Origin: Patescibacteria group bacterium
GTDB taxonomy: Bacteria; Patescibacteriota; Minisyncoccia; Minisyncoccales; CAZWNE01
NCBI GenBank assembly: GCA_038078735.1
Contig: JBBTTI010000003.1
Span: 8,538 to 72,537 of the forward strand
Direction: 5' to 3'
Length of the DNA stretch: 64,000 nucleotides
In this document: in pieces, positions 1 to 9,374 of the stretch
Position numbering within the stretch: the stretch's first letter is position 1
How the letters are laid out: each line of letters begins with the position of its first letter
Program-made: the position numbers and the translations under genes
The notes under the pieces: model-generated
What the model was told of the DNA's origin: nothing
Database searches by the model: none
The model's input: only the letters and a program-made list of their open reading frames with translations

Positions 1-1
1 A

Positions 2-691
2 CCTGTTAAGATTATTGCTGAAAAATATAATATTCCTGTTGGACATTCAATGTCTAACATAAAAGACTTGAAACCAGATTTAATTGTGGTGGCTGCTTAT
101 GGTCAGATTTTACCTAAAGAGATTTTGGAAATTCCTAAATATGGCTGTTTAAATGTTCATCCTTCTTTGCTACCAAAGTACAGGGGTGCAACCCCTGTAC
201 AATCTGCTATTCTAAACGGCGATAAGGAAACCGGAGTCAGTATTATTAAAATGGTAGAAAGGGTTGATGCGGGCGGAATAGTATCTAGTATTAAGTGTTT
301 AGTATCCAGAGACGAGACTTATAAAACTCTCTCTGACAAATTAGCGGACTTAGGGACTAAGTCCCTAAGTGAAGTAATCCCAGATTGGGTGGAAGGGAAA
401 ATAAAAGCTTTGCCGCAAGATGAAACAAAAGCGACTTATACGAAAATGATTAAGAAAGAAGATGGACTTATTGACTGGAAGAGCTCAATAGATTATATTG
501 AAAAGCAAGTGCGAGCCTTAAATCCGTGGCCTAGCACCTATACCCTATATAACGGGAAAATATTAAAAATACTAAAGGTAGAAATAACAAACAATAAGCT
601 AATAATAAAAGAGGTCCAGCCGGAAGGAAAAAAACCGATGAATTTTGAAGATTTTCTCCGCGGACATAATGATTTTAAAATACCATGTTAA
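2..691 (+). CDS. fmt: methionyl-tRNA formyltransferase (5' end outside window)
   Basis: Open frame runs to base 2. Translation has Fmt motifs (VAAYGQILPKEIL, NVHPSLLPKYRGATPVQ) and the C-terminal domain. Confidence 0.85.
   Translation, partial: PVKIIAEKYNIPVGHSMSNIKDLKPDLIVVAAYGQILPKEILEIPKYGCLNVHPSLLPKYRGATPVQSAILNGDKETGVSIIKMVERVDAGGIVSSIKCLVSRDETYKTLSDKLADLGTKSLSEVIPDWVEGKIKALPQDETKATYTKMIKKEDGLIDWKSSIDYIEKQVRALNPWPSTYTLYNGKILKILKVEITNNKLIIKEVQPEGKKPMNFEDFLRGHNDFKIPC
349..369. repeat. family D palindrome inside fmt (CTTAGGGACT-a-AGTCCCTAAG)
   Basis: Perfect 10-1-10, in-frame (DLGTKSLSE). A further family-A-like site (GGACATTCAATGTCTAAC) lies at 38..58, also inside fmt. Confidence 0.75.
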
Positions 692-1254
692 CGCATAACG
701 ATTTAAAAAAAGGAATAATCGCTGTCATAGATGGCGAGCCATACGAAATTATTGAATCCCAGTCGGTAAAAATGGCCCAAAGAAGGCCGATTATTCAGTC
801 AAAAATAAAAAATTTAATTACCGGCAGAACAACTGAAAGAAATTTTCAGCAGGGCGATACTTTTGAAGAAGCGGAACTTATAAAACTTGAAAAAAAGTTT
901 TTATATTTTCACAAGGATCGCTATTTTTTTTGCGATGCAGATAATCCTTCAAAAAGATTTGATTTGAGCTTAGAACAAATAGGCCAGGGCGCCAAATTTT
1001 TAAAACCCAACCAAATTATGGAGGTAGTAACTTTTCAAGATAAAATAATCAAAATTTCTTTGCCGATTAAAATTCAACTAAAAGTTATCGAAGCGCCACC
1101 GGGAGTTATGGGAGATCGCGCTCAAGGCGGGACCAAATCCGTTACCTTGGAAAGCGGAGCTCAAATTAATGTCCCTCTTTTTATTGAGCAGGACGACGTT
1201 ATTGAAATCAACACTGAAACCGGCGAGTATACAAAACGAGTTGAGGCGGAATAG
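685..1254 (+). CDS. efp: elongation factor P
   Basis: 189 aa with EF-P fold signature (KMAQRRPIIQSKIKNLITG...). Start overlaps the fmt stop by 7 nt. Confidence 0.9.
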   Translation: MLTHNDLKKGIIAVIDGEPYEIIESQSVKMAQRRPIIQSKIKNLITGRTTERNFQQGDTFEEAELIKLEKKFLYFHKDRYFFCDADNPSKRFDLSLEQIGQGAKFLKPNQIMEVVTFQDKIIKISLPIKIQLKVIEAPPGVMGDRAQGGTKSVTLESGAQINVPLFIEQDDVIEINTETGEYTKRVEAE

Positions 1255-1256
1255 GA

Positions 1257-2270
1257 CTAAGCGTTGTGTTTTATTTCAATAACATCGCCGTCTTGAACGA
1301 TATATTCCTTGCCTTCGGTGCGGATTAAGCCCTTCGCGCGGCTCAGGGCAAAACCGTTTTCATTTAGAAGATCCTGCCAATTTATTACTTCCGCCTTGAT
1401 AAAATGGGTTTCAAAATCGCTGTGGATTTGGCCTGCGGCTTGAGGCGCTGTCTGGCCTTTTTTTATTGTCCAAGCCCGGGTTTCATCCGGTCCAGTTGTA
1501 AAAAAAGTTATTAAACCAAGTATTTCATAAGCTTTTCTAACTAAAATATCCATTTCTGAATCTAAGGGCAGGCCGAGCTCCAATCTTTCTTCTTTGCTTA
1601 AACCGGTGGCTTCAAACTCAGTTAAAATGTCTATTATTAAAAACGGCCAATTATTTTTTTTAAATTCTTCTATTATATTTTGCGGGACTTCTTCATCCCG
1701 GCCATTCAGTAAATATAATCTCGGCTTCATCGTCAGCAGTTGATACGGCTGAATAATTTTTAATTCTTCGGCGCTGAAATTCTGCTCGCTTAAAATTTTC
1801 CCATTTGCCAGAAAATCCTTAACCCTTCCCGGAACTTCTATTTTTTTCTCAACCGTTTCCATATCTTTCAGTATTAATTCCGTATCCAATATCTCCTTAT
1901 CAAATAATGGGTTCACTACCGATTGAGTGTTTATTATGTCTGATTTTAAGAAAGCTCTTAGAATGTAAACAATGGCGTTTGTTTCCCTGATATTAGCCAA
2001 AAATTTATTGCCCAAACCTTCGCCCTTATTGGCTCCTTTGACCAAACCGGCAATGTCAAAAAATTCAATCGTGGTATATATTTTTTTTAGGGATTTAGTT
2101 AATTCGGCCAGTTTATCCACCCTATCATCTGCAACCGCAACCACGCCCACATTTGGGTCAATAGTGCAGAAAGGATAATTCGCTCTATCCACCTGCTTTT
2201 TAGTTATTGTTTCAAAAAGAGTTGACTTGCCCACATTAGGCAAGCCGACTATCCCGATAGATAAAGGCAT
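1257..2270 (-). CDS. ychF: ribosome-binding ATPase YchF (Obg-family GTPase)
   Basis: G1 motif GIVGLPNVGKSTLF and a C-terminal TGS domain. Confidence 0.9.
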   Translation of the reverse strand: MPLSIGIVGLPNVGKSTLFETITKKQVDRANYPFCTIDPNVGVVAVADDRVDKLAELTKSLKKIYTTIEFFDIAGLVKGANKGEGLGNKFLANIRETNAIVYILRAFLKSDIINTQSVVNPLFDKEILDTELILKDMETVEKKIEVPGRVKDFLANGKILSEQNFSAEELKIIQPYQLLTMKPRLYLLNGRDEEVPQNIIEEFKKNNWPFLIIDILTEFEATGLSKEERLELGLPLDSEMDILVRKAYEILGLITFFTTGPDETRAWTIKKGQTAPQAAGQIHSDFETHFIKAEVINWQDLLNENGFALSRAKGLIRTEGKEYIVQDGDVIEIKHNA

Positions 2271-2275
2271 ATATT

Positions 2276-2641
2276 TTATTCCTCGGCTTCTTGTTTAGTC
2301 TTATGGATTGTTCCGTCGGCATGATTTGGCGGAGCATAAATAGTATAGAGTTTAAGCGGTTCGTTTGAAGAAGTATTGATAATATTATGTTTTGTTCCGG
2401 CTGGGACGACTAAAACAAAGCCGTCTTTAATTATTGATTCCTCGCCCTCTAAAATTACTTTACCTGTCCCCTTTTCAAATCTGAAAAACTGATCCAAATT
2501 TTCATGCACTTCCTCCCCTATTTCCTCCAATGGTTTCAAAGACATCAAAACCAACTGGCAATTTTTTGCCGTAAAAATAACTTTTCTAAAAAAATTATTA
2601 TTTCGGACGTCTTGTTCTATATTTGTAATAAATCCCTTCAT
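2276..2641 (-). CDS. cupin-domain protein
   Basis: 121 aa with a cupin-like beta-barrel signature (VLVVPAGTKHNIINTS). Confidence 0.45.
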   Translation of the reverse strand: MKGFITNIEQDVRNNNFFRKVIFTAKNCQLVLMSLKPLEEIGEEVHENLDQFFRFEKGTGKVILEGEESIIKDGFVLVVPAGTKHNIINTSSNEPLKLYTIYAPPNHADGTIHKTKQEAEE

Positions 2642-2650
2642 GTTTTTATC

Positions 2651-3244
2651 TTACCATAGCCATTTGGGAATTGGAATAGCGATTGTCTTTATCTCGTCCT
2701 TTGTTGCTAATTTAAAAGAAATTGAGGTAGCGCAAAGGCAGATGTTTCTATCTTGGCGAACAATAGAATGACCCAATAATTCTAACTGATTGCGAATTTG
2801 GTGGAATCGTCCGGTCTTAAGATTAATCTTAAGAAGAGAGTATTTATTATTAGAAGTAATAACTTCATAGTCAAGTTCGGCTCTTTTTGGTTTACCCGCA
2901 TCGCCTTTTTTAAGAAAATTTACTAAGTTTCCTTTGTTTTGTTTCGGCCTTCCTAAAATCAAGGCGTGATATATTTTCTCAATCGTTCTATTTCTAAATT
3001 GTTCTGAAAGCCGGGAAGCCCCTTTGCTGGTTTTAGCAAATAAAACAATGCCTGAAGCCGGTCTGTCCAAGCGGTGCAGCAAACCCAAAAAGACGTTTCC
3101 GGGCTTCTTATACTTCTCTTTGAGATAAGACTTCACCTCATCCATCAAGCACCTATCGCCCGTAATGTCTCCCTGCGTCAAAACCCCTGCCGGCTTAAAC
3201 ACCGCAATCAAATGATTATCCTCGTATAAAACTTTTAAATCCAT
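2651..3244 (-). CDS. RluA-family pseudouridine synthase
   Basis: HRLDRPASG catalytic motif of RluA/RluD-type synthases. No S4 domain. Confidence 0.75.
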   Translation of the reverse strand: MDLKVLYEDNHLIAVFKPAGVLTQGDITGDRCLMDEVKSYLKEKYKKPGNVFLGLLHRLDRPASGIVLFAKTSKGASRLSEQFRNRTIEKIYHALILGRPKQNKGNLVNFLKKGDAGKPKRAELDYEVITSNNKYSLLKINLKTGRFHQIRNQLELLGHSIVRQDRNICLCATSISFKLATKDEIKTIAIPIPKWLW

Positions 3245-3247
3245 ATT

Positions 3248-4486
3248 TTATACCGCAGATTGGCCGGCGAGAAAACCGGTGCTCCAGCAAAGCTGGAGAT
3301 TATAGCCGCCCGTCGGGCCGTGTAAATTAATAATTTCTCCGGCAAAAAACAAATTTTCAATCAATTTTGATTTCATAGTTTTTGCATCAATCTCTTTTAA
3401 AGAAACGCCTCCTGATGTGATTATCGCCGTTTCAAATCCTAATAACGATAAAACTGTCATTTTTAACCCTTTTAATAATTTAACCAATCCCTGCCTTTCT
3501 TCCTTTGTTATTTCGTTCACTTTTTTCAAGGGATTAATCCCTGATAACTCAATAATAATGGGAATTAATTTTTGAGGCAATAAATCCCTTAAAGAATTCT
3601 TAAAAAATTTCGTCCTATATTTTAGAAAATCGCTTTGAATTCTTTTATCTAGTACTTGTAAGTTAAGGGCGGGTTTCAAATCCAAATTTAATTCTACCTT
3701 ACCTTTATCTAAAAGTTCCCCTACTTTTCCGCTTAAATCCAAAACAATGGGACCGGATATGCCAAAATGAGTAAAAAGAAATTCGCCAAAACGGCTGTCT
3801 TTTTTCTTGCCATTCAGAAAAACCGTCAACTCAACATTTTTTAAAGATAGCCCTTGGGCCATTTTTGGCCAGGCCTCTTTTATTCTCAAAGGAACCAAGG
3901 CCGGTCTTAGTTTTTCAATCTTATGACCTAATTTTTCTGCCCATTGATAGCCGTCGCCCCGAGACCCGGTCTCGGGATACGATTTCCCGCCGGTAGCAAT
4001 AATGTAATTTTTAGCCGCGATTGTTTTATTATTATTTAAAATAATTTTTGCTATCTTATTATTATCTCTAATAATCTCTTTTACTCCGGAATTTGTAATA
4101 ATTTCAACCTCGCTTTTTTTCAGATAATCAATTAATATATCCAGCACATCGCTGGCTTTATCGCTTTCGGGAAATATTCTTTTTCCCCGTTCAATTTTTG
4201 TTTTCAATCCCCTCTTTTCAAAAAATTCAATGGTTTTTTCCACGCTAAGGGCCGCCAAAGGACTTAAAAGAAAATCCCCTTCTCTGCCATATTTTTTAAC
4301 AAGTTCTTGGGGATTGAAATCAGCTCTGGTGATATTGCTTCTCCCTTTTCCGGTAATTAATAATTTCCTGCCCAAAGAAGCGTTTTTTTCCAGCAACGCA
4401 ACTTTTCCTCCCAGCTCTCCGGCCCTTCCTGCCGCCATCATCCCCGCCGGTCCCCCGCCAATAACCACAACATCATAATTGAGCAT
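3248..4486 (-). CDS. NAD(P)/FAD-binding flavoprotein, HI0933/BaiN family
   Basis: N-terminal DVVVIGGGPAGMMAA Rossmann motif followed by GRKLLITGKGRSN, typical of the HI0933-like family. Confidence 0.7.
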   Translation of the reverse strand: MLNYDVVVIGGGPAGMMAAGRAGELGGKVALLEKNASLGRKLLITGKGRSNITRADFNPQELVKKYGREGDFLLSPLAALSVEKTIEFFEKRGLKTKIERGKRIFPESDKASDVLDILIDYLKKSEVEIITNSGVKEIIRDNNKIAKIILNNNKTIAAKNYIIATGGKSYPETGSRGDGYQWAEKLGHKIEKLRPALVPLRIKEAWPKMAQGLSLKNVELTVFLNGKKKDSRFGEFLFTHFGISGPIVLDLSGKVGELLDKGKVELNLDLKPALNLQVLDKRIQSDFLKYRTKFFKNSLRDLLPQKLIPIIIELSGINPLKKVNEITKEERQGLVKLLKGLKMTVLSLLGFETAIITSGGVSLKEIDAKTMKSKLIENLFFAGEIINLHGPTGGYNLQLCWSTGFLAGQSAV

Positions 4487-4500
4487 AAATAGTTTAATTT

Positions 4501-5472
4501 TTAATAATTTGTCGTAATCGTTCGGTGATAAGGCAATAACGGTTCATTTTCTTTAGATAAAACCCATAAAATCCAATCGAGATTACTTGATGTTAAACCC
4601 CTGCCTAAGCCGTTTAATTCCCCAAGGAGCAATTCACAAGCATAAATGGTATTTGTCCTTATTTCTATTTCTTCCCGAGAATTCTTTTCAATTAACTCAT
4701 AATTCGCGAGCTTATTCTTTAATTTTTCACTATAAACTAGTATCCCCTCTGACTCTAAAAGTTGTGGCAACTTATAATCGGCAAATATAGTTAGATCTTC
4801 CATGTTTTTAAAATATCCCGTATTCTTATTTTGAAAAGCGTAATTTATATCACTGACAAATAATTGGGCTCTTTTTAAAAAATATATCTTTTGTCCATTG
4901 GATTCGAAATAATCATTAAAACTTGGGAAATCATTAATAATTAACTCCACAAGTTTATTAACGTTATTTTTTGCCGCCGTAACTAAATTTATAGCCTTGC
5001 CATTATATTTTTCTTGAAGTATTTTAAAGTTTTCTCGGATAATTTCGTGTCGTTCTTTCAACAGTAATAACTCTCCCCTACTCTCAAAAATCTTAGCAAA
5101 TTCGTCAAAAGTTATTTCCGACAAATATGATGCATCAAGTAATTTTTTATCAGCTAAAAACGCTTTTTTAATCGCGTAAGAAAAAGCGTAATAGCCATGC
5201 AGCCACTGGTCGTCTTTTTCAAACTCCCACCGTTTTTTCTCTTGAGTATTCCAAAAACAAAAATTAATACTATCTAGAAAAAAATAGTATTGAACAGTTT
5301 CTTCGGGACTCCCTAAAAATTGCAAGACATTATCCCAGCCAGGAATAGGATATTTTTCAAGTTTTTTTGCTAAAAGAGTAATTTTCGAATTATCTATCCT
5401 AACCGAAGAACTGTTTTTTACAACAGGATCAATTGATCTTAAAATTTTTTCTTTGATAGAAATATTCTCCAT
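4501..5472 (-). CDS. DUF2419/Qng1-like queuosine salvage family protein (tentative)
   Basis: 323 aa. Motif pattern (IPGWDN, FFLDSINFCFW, LHGYYAFSYA) is recalled from the Qng1/DUF2419 family. The assignment is from memory and is not certain. Confidence 0.45.
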   Translation of the reverse strand: MENISIKEKILRSIDPVVKNSSSVRIDNSKITLLAKKLEKYPIPGWDNVLQFLGSPEETVQYYFFLDSINFCFWNTQEKKRWEFEKDDQWLHGYYAFSYAIKKAFLADKKLLDASYLSEITFDEFAKIFESRGELLLLKERHEIIRENFKILQEKYNGKAINLVTAAKNNVNKLVELIINDFPSFNDYFESNGQKIYFLKRAQLFVSDINYAFQNKNTGYFKNMEDLTIFADYKLPQLLESEGILVYSEKLKNKLANYELIEKNSREEIEIRTNTIYACELLLGELNGLGRGLTSSNLDWILWVLSKENEPLLPYHRTITTNY

Positions 5473-5522
5473 AATAAATCTATCATATCAAAAAATCGCC
5501 CCGATGAAAGAGGGACGATTTT

Positions 5523-5580
5523 TTTACTCTATAAATGTCAGGGCCTTGCCTTTTTTGTTCCAGCGGCCGGTTCGGCCGAA
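5523..5580. repeat. 58-bp copy of the helicase 3' end (direct repeat bounding island 1)
   Basis: tttactctataaatgtcagggccttgccttttttgttccagcggccggttcggccga nearly equals 6536..6592, which encodes ...GRTGRWNKKGKALTFIE-stop of the DEAD-box helicase. Confidence 0.8.
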
Positions 5581-5618
5581 TTAAGTGACTCCCGAAGTCG
5601 CTTAACTCCACAAATAGA

Positions 5619-5643
5619 ATGTTAGACACTAAGTACCTAACAT
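5619..5643. repeat. REP-like palindrome, family A (GTTAGACA..TGTCTAAC type, imperfect)
   Basis: atgttagacactaagtacctaacat. Shares the GTTAG..CTAAC arms with copies at 5937, 11598, 36102, 48340, 49009, 55250 and 55651. Confidence 0.7.
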
Positions 5644-5792
5644 CCGACCAGTAGTATAGTAGAGACCCGATCTCTACCTAAGACTTTGGCGATAAAATAA
5701 AAAACCACCCTTCAAATTCATCGGGATGATTTCTTATCCTACGTTATTAAACATTGAATGTTTGATAAACTACAAGTTTCTTTGCTAATAAG

Positions 5793-5917
5793 GGTATTTT
5801 TGAGTTGTCTATCTGGACAAAAGAACTGTTTTTTATAACAGGATCAATCGATCTTAAAATTTTCTCTTTTATAGAAATATTCTCCATAATATATTTATCC
5901 TATCAAAAAATCGCCTG
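5793..5917. pseudogene. duplicated 5'-end fragment of the DUF2419 gene (start codon + first ~30 codons + upstream hairpin)
   Basis: About 125 bp at ~88% identity to 5381..5507 (aagaactgttttttacaacaggatcaattgatcttaaaattttttctttgatagaaatattctccat...). It has no downstream gene body. Confidence 0.75.
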
Positions 5918-5936
5918 CTTGGCGATTCTTGTTGAG

Positions 5937-5961
5937 ATGTTAAACACTGAGTACCTAACAT
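5937..5961. repeat. REP-like palindrome, family A (degenerate)
   Basis: atgttaaacactgagtacctaacat. Confidence 0.6.
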
Positions 5962-6028
5962 TCTATTCTACTGGCACCCTATTGAAGTCAGGCTTCAATA
6001 GAGAGACTTTAACAGAGACTTAAAATAA

Positions 6029-6063
6029 AAAACCACCCTTTAATAAACTCAGGGTGATTTTTT
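6029..6063. terminator. bidirectional rho-independent terminator (A-run, CACCCT/AGGGTG hairpin, T-run)
   Basis: aaaaaaccaccctttaataaactcagggtgatttttt. A diverged paralogous copy lies at 5686..5720. Confidence 0.55.
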
Positions 6064-6214
6064 GTCCTAAATAAATCTTCTTTTGAACACTTACTTAGGG
6101 GAAAGAGAGAAGGGAGGAAAGGTTCTTGTTCTATCCTTAACTTTGTAATTACTCACAAAGGAAGTCCAATTACCCTTTTTAGGATTTCTCCACCTTGCCT
6201 TCTCTCTTATTGGG

Positions 6215-6436
6215 TTACGAGATTGCTTTCATCTGTTTTTGAAAAACTTCTTCTAACAAGCTCTTTGAAAGCTCAAGAAGTTCTTCAGCCGTTACGTGGA
6301 TGGCAACCATCTCTGGTTCCTTCACGGAATTACCAATATTCCGTTTAATATTGGCAATATCCCGAAGAGCCATTTCTTTCCGAAACTGAGCTTTTACAAG
6401 GGCTAAAGCTATCTCGCCTTTTCTCCTCTCGTCCAT
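6215..6436 (-). CDS. hypothetical 73-aa protein carried on island 1
   Basis: Strong SD (aaggaggtgagaacaATG) sits before MDERRKGEIALALVKAQ. The protein is charged, helical and unrecognised, and lies inside the inserted segment. Confidence 0.45.
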   Translation of the reverse strand: MDERRKGEIALALVKAQFRKEMALRDIANIKRNIGNSVKEPEMVAIHVTAEELLELSKSLLEEVFQKQMKAIS

Positions 6437-6536
6437 TGTTCTCACCTCCTTTCTGTAAAAATTTGGAAACGAGAGAGAAACCTTTAAGGTGCTTTGGAAA
6501 GAATTCTACTCTCTTTCCATACCATATGATAACACT

Positions 6537-7736
6537 TTACTCTATAAATGTCAAGGCTTTGCCTTTTTTGTTCCAGCGGCCGGTTCGGCCGATTCTGTGG
6601 ATATATTCGTCAAAAGTCGCCGGCACATCAAAATTAATAACATGGCTGACATCGGCAATATCAAGACCCCTAGCCGCCACATCAGTTGCCACTAAAATTT
6701 GAATACGGCTTTCTTTAAACATAGTTAGGGCTTTTTGGCGCTGGGAGTGATTTTTATTTCCGTGGATGGATTCCGCCCTAAAACCTTTTTGAATAAGTAT
6801 TTTTGAGAGCCGTTCCACTCCGTGCTTGGTTCTGCCGAAAATAAGCACCTTGGTAAATTCCTCTTTAATCAAAAGATTATCAAGAACATCTATTTTATTT
6901 TTACCCCGATCTATTCTGACAATATCCTGATCAACATTACTTGAAGTGTCTCTGGTTTTTACCGAAACTCTTATCGGATTTTTAAGAAATTCTTTGATAA
7001 TTTTTTCCACCGAGTAAGGAATGGTTGCCGAAAAAAACAGCACCTGTTTTTCTTTTGGCAAACCGTTCATTATAAAACGGGTGTCCTGGATAAAACCCAT
7101 ATCAAGCATCCGATCAGCTTCATCCAAAACAACGGTATTAAATCTGGATAAATTAATCATCCTTCTTTCTATCAGGTCCTTGAGCCGGCCGGGCGTGCCG
7201 ATAATTAAATTATAATTATAGCGAAGCTCGGAAATTTGTTTGCCGATGCTCATTCCGCCGACGCAGCAAACGGAAAAAATCCGCATTCCTTTAGTAAAAG
7301 ATTTAAGCTCCTGGTCTATTTGAATGGCCAACTCGCGGGTCGGAGTGACAATCAAAACTTGTTCTTTCGGATTTAATAAAATTTTATTAATAAGGGGTAT
7401 GAGAAAAGCGGCTGTTTTGCCCGTGCCGGTATTGGCAATACCGACAACATCCGAACCGTCAATAATATGAGAAATAATCCGATCTTGGATGGGCGTAGGC
7501 GCATCGTAACCTTTGGCCAAAATAGCCCGAATTATTCGCTGGTCAATTTTAAAATCCTGAAATTTGTGTTCAGATATAAAATTCTCCATTCCTTCTATCT
7601 TTTCAACTACGACTGCTTTATTAATAAATCTTGCCGGATCTATTCTTTCTCCGCGTGAAAACCCCCTTCCTCTAGAAGGGGGCGCTTTAGTCAAGAATTT
7701 TCTTGATCCCGTGTAATGAAAGTTTCTACTATACAT
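6537..7736 (-). CDS. DEAD-box ATP-dependent RNA helicase
   Basis: Q-motif, Walker A GTGKTAAF, DEAD (VLDEAD), SAT and HRIGRTGR motifs. Confidence 0.9.
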   Translation of the reverse strand: MYSRNFHYTGSRKFLTKAPPSRGRGFSRGERIDPARFINKAVVVEKIEGMENFISEHKFQDFKIDQRIIRAILAKGYDAPTPIQDRIISHIIDGSDVVGIANTGTGKTAAFLIPLINKILLNPKEQVLIVTPTRELAIQIDQELKSFTKGMRIFSVCCVGGMSIGKQISELRYNYNLIIGTPGRLKDLIERRMINLSRFNTVVLDEADRMLDMGFIQDTRFIMNGLPKEKQVLFFSATIPYSVEKIIKEFLKNPIRVSVKTRDTSSNVDQDIVRIDRGKNKIDVLDNLLIKEEFTKVLIFGRTKHGVERLSKILIQKGFRAESIHGNKNHSQRQKALTMFKESRIQILVATDVAARGLDIADVSHVINFDVPATFDEYIHRIGRTGRWNKKGKALTFIE

Positions 7737-7758
7737 ATAATAAAATTATACACTATCA

Positions 7759-8868
7759 CTATTGCTTTGTCAATAAATATTGCTTACCCTTTAATTTATC
7801 GGGTAAAAATGACTCTTTGGAGTATTTATCGTAACCGTTGCCGGGATTGTTACGCAGTTCCATGGGAATGGGCAAATTGCCATATTGTTTGACATCGGCC
7901 GTTGCCGCTATATAAGCTTCGTAAGCGCTCCGATCTTTTTTAGCTTGGCATAAATAAACCACTCCGGTTGCCAGATTAATGCCGCATTCAGGCAAACCGA
8001 TTATTTCTACTGCCCTAAAAACATCGTTAGCCACCACCAAGGCCGTAGGCAAAGCTAGGCCGATATCTTCTGAAGCAAAAATAACCATTCTTCTGGCGAT
8101 AAATTTGGGATCTTCCCCCGAATCAATCATCCGCGCCAAATAATACAAAGCCGCATCTGGCTGCGAAGCCCTCATGCTTTTAATAAAAGCGGAAATAGTG
8201 TTGTAATGCTCATCCCCTGCTTTGTCGTATCTTAAAAATTTTGACTGGAGAGCATTTTTTAAATTCTCTTTAGTAATTTCCTTATAAAGTTCTCTAGTAT
8301 TTTCCAGCATAGTTATCGCCTGCCTGGCATCGCCATTGGCCATGTTAATCAGCCAGTCCTCGGCTTCTTTATCCATTTTTAAACCGATTCTCTTGATAAT
8401 GGCTTTCATATTATCTTCTGAAAGTTCGTTCAAAACAAAAACTCGACAGCGAGAAAGCAGAGCCGGGATAACTTCAAAGCTTGGATTTTCAGTTGTCGCG
8501 CCAATCAAGGTAATCTCCCCTCTTTCAACATAAGGCAGTAAAAAATCCTGTTGTGATTTGTTAAAGCGATGGATTTCATCTAAAAATAAAACCTTGGGCA
8601 CTCCCTGCGAATCTTCTTCCAGTAATTTTTTTATATCTGCCTTGCCAGCTGAAACAGCTGATAATTCATAAAGCTTAGCGTCTAAACTATTGGCATATAT
8701 TTTAGCCAAAGTCGTTTTTCCTGTTCCCGGAGGCCCCCACAAAACAAAAGAAAACAAATGCTTTTGCTTTATAGCAACATTCAAGGGCCTATTCTCCCCG
8801 ACCAAATGTTCTTGCCCGACAAATTCCTCCAAATTTTTCGGTCTGATTTTCGACGCCAGCGGTTCCAT
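7759..8868 (-). CDS. rarA: replication-associated recombination protein A (AAA+ ATPase)
   Basis: [11 protein letters not shown] Walker A and a MgsA/RarA-type C-terminal domain. Confidence 0.85.
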   Translation of the reverse strand: MEPLASKIRPKNLEEFVGQEHLVGENRPLNVAIKQKHLFSFVLWGPPGTGKTTLAKIYANSLDAKLYELSAVSAGKADIKKLLEEDSQGVPKVLFLDEIHRFNKSQQDFLLPYVERGEITLIGATTENPSFEVIPALLSRCRVFVLNELSEDNMKAIIKRIGLKMDKEAEDWLINMANGDARQAITMLENTRELYKEITKENLKNALQSKFLRYDKAGDEHYNTISAFIKSMRASQPDAALYYLARMIDSGEDPKFIARRMVIFASEDIGLALPTALVVANDVFRAVEIIGLPECGINLATGVVYLCQAKKDRSAYEAYIAATADVKQYGNLPIPMELRNNPGNGYDKYSKESFLPDKLKGKQYLLTKQ

Positions 8869-8943
8869 AAATTTAGCTTACCTTTTCATTTCATCTCCGC
8901 CAAGAGACAACTATTTGGACATCGGATGTCCAAATAGCGTAGG

Positions 8944-9078
8944 CTATTTTTTATTTATGTATTTTAATAAAGCGATTATGCCTAAAACCAACAGGGTAGT
9001 CGCTAAAGTATAGGTAATCCAAGAAAAAAACATCATCCCGCCGCCTGCTCCGCCCATCATATAATTATAATCCATCAT
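8944..9078 (-). CDS. possible 44-aa Met/Gly-rich membrane peptide
   Basis: MMDYNYMMGGAGGGMMFFSWITYTLATTLLVLGIIALLKYINKK. It falls below the ORF-track cutoff, has no clear SD, and hairpins lie just upstream. Confidence 0.2.
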   Translation of the reverse strand: MMDYNYMMGGAGGGMMFFSWITYTLATTLLVLGIIALLKYINKK

Positions 9079-9261
9079 AGATCAAGTCCGCCTCTGGCGG
9101 ACGCAGATAAAGATGAAGCAACAGCTTCATCGCCTAATCGACCTTTCTATATTTTATTATACACTAAATTTTTAATTTATTATCAAACCCCACCAGTAGT
9201 AATAACTATGCTATAGCAATGATATTACTATTCCTAAATTTTATATTTGAATAAATAAGAA

Positions 9262-9292
9262 CGGGTAAACGCGAATGCGTTTACCCGTTTTA
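9262..9292 (+). terminator. hairpin + T-run (GGGTAAACGC..GCGTTTACCC-TTTT)
   Basis: Perfect 11-bp stem followed by tttta. Confidence 0.4.
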
Positions 9293-9374
9293 GCTCAATC
9301 TGTTGCCGAGCTTCTGTTATGCAGAAGCGAAGGCGAAGAAGAGATTTATCTCTTCGCCTAATTGTTTTGGCCAG

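Noticed and set aside
1972-2178. Numerous 60-110-aa ORFs antisense to or nested within annotated genes (e.g. 1972..2178, 4230..4478, 8690..9013, 18265..18474, 23226..23492, 36629..36910, 51522..51779, 60719..61006)
   Set aside because: Low-complexity translations, no SD, and fully embedded in well-supported genes on the opposite strand. Typical AT-rich spurious ORFs.
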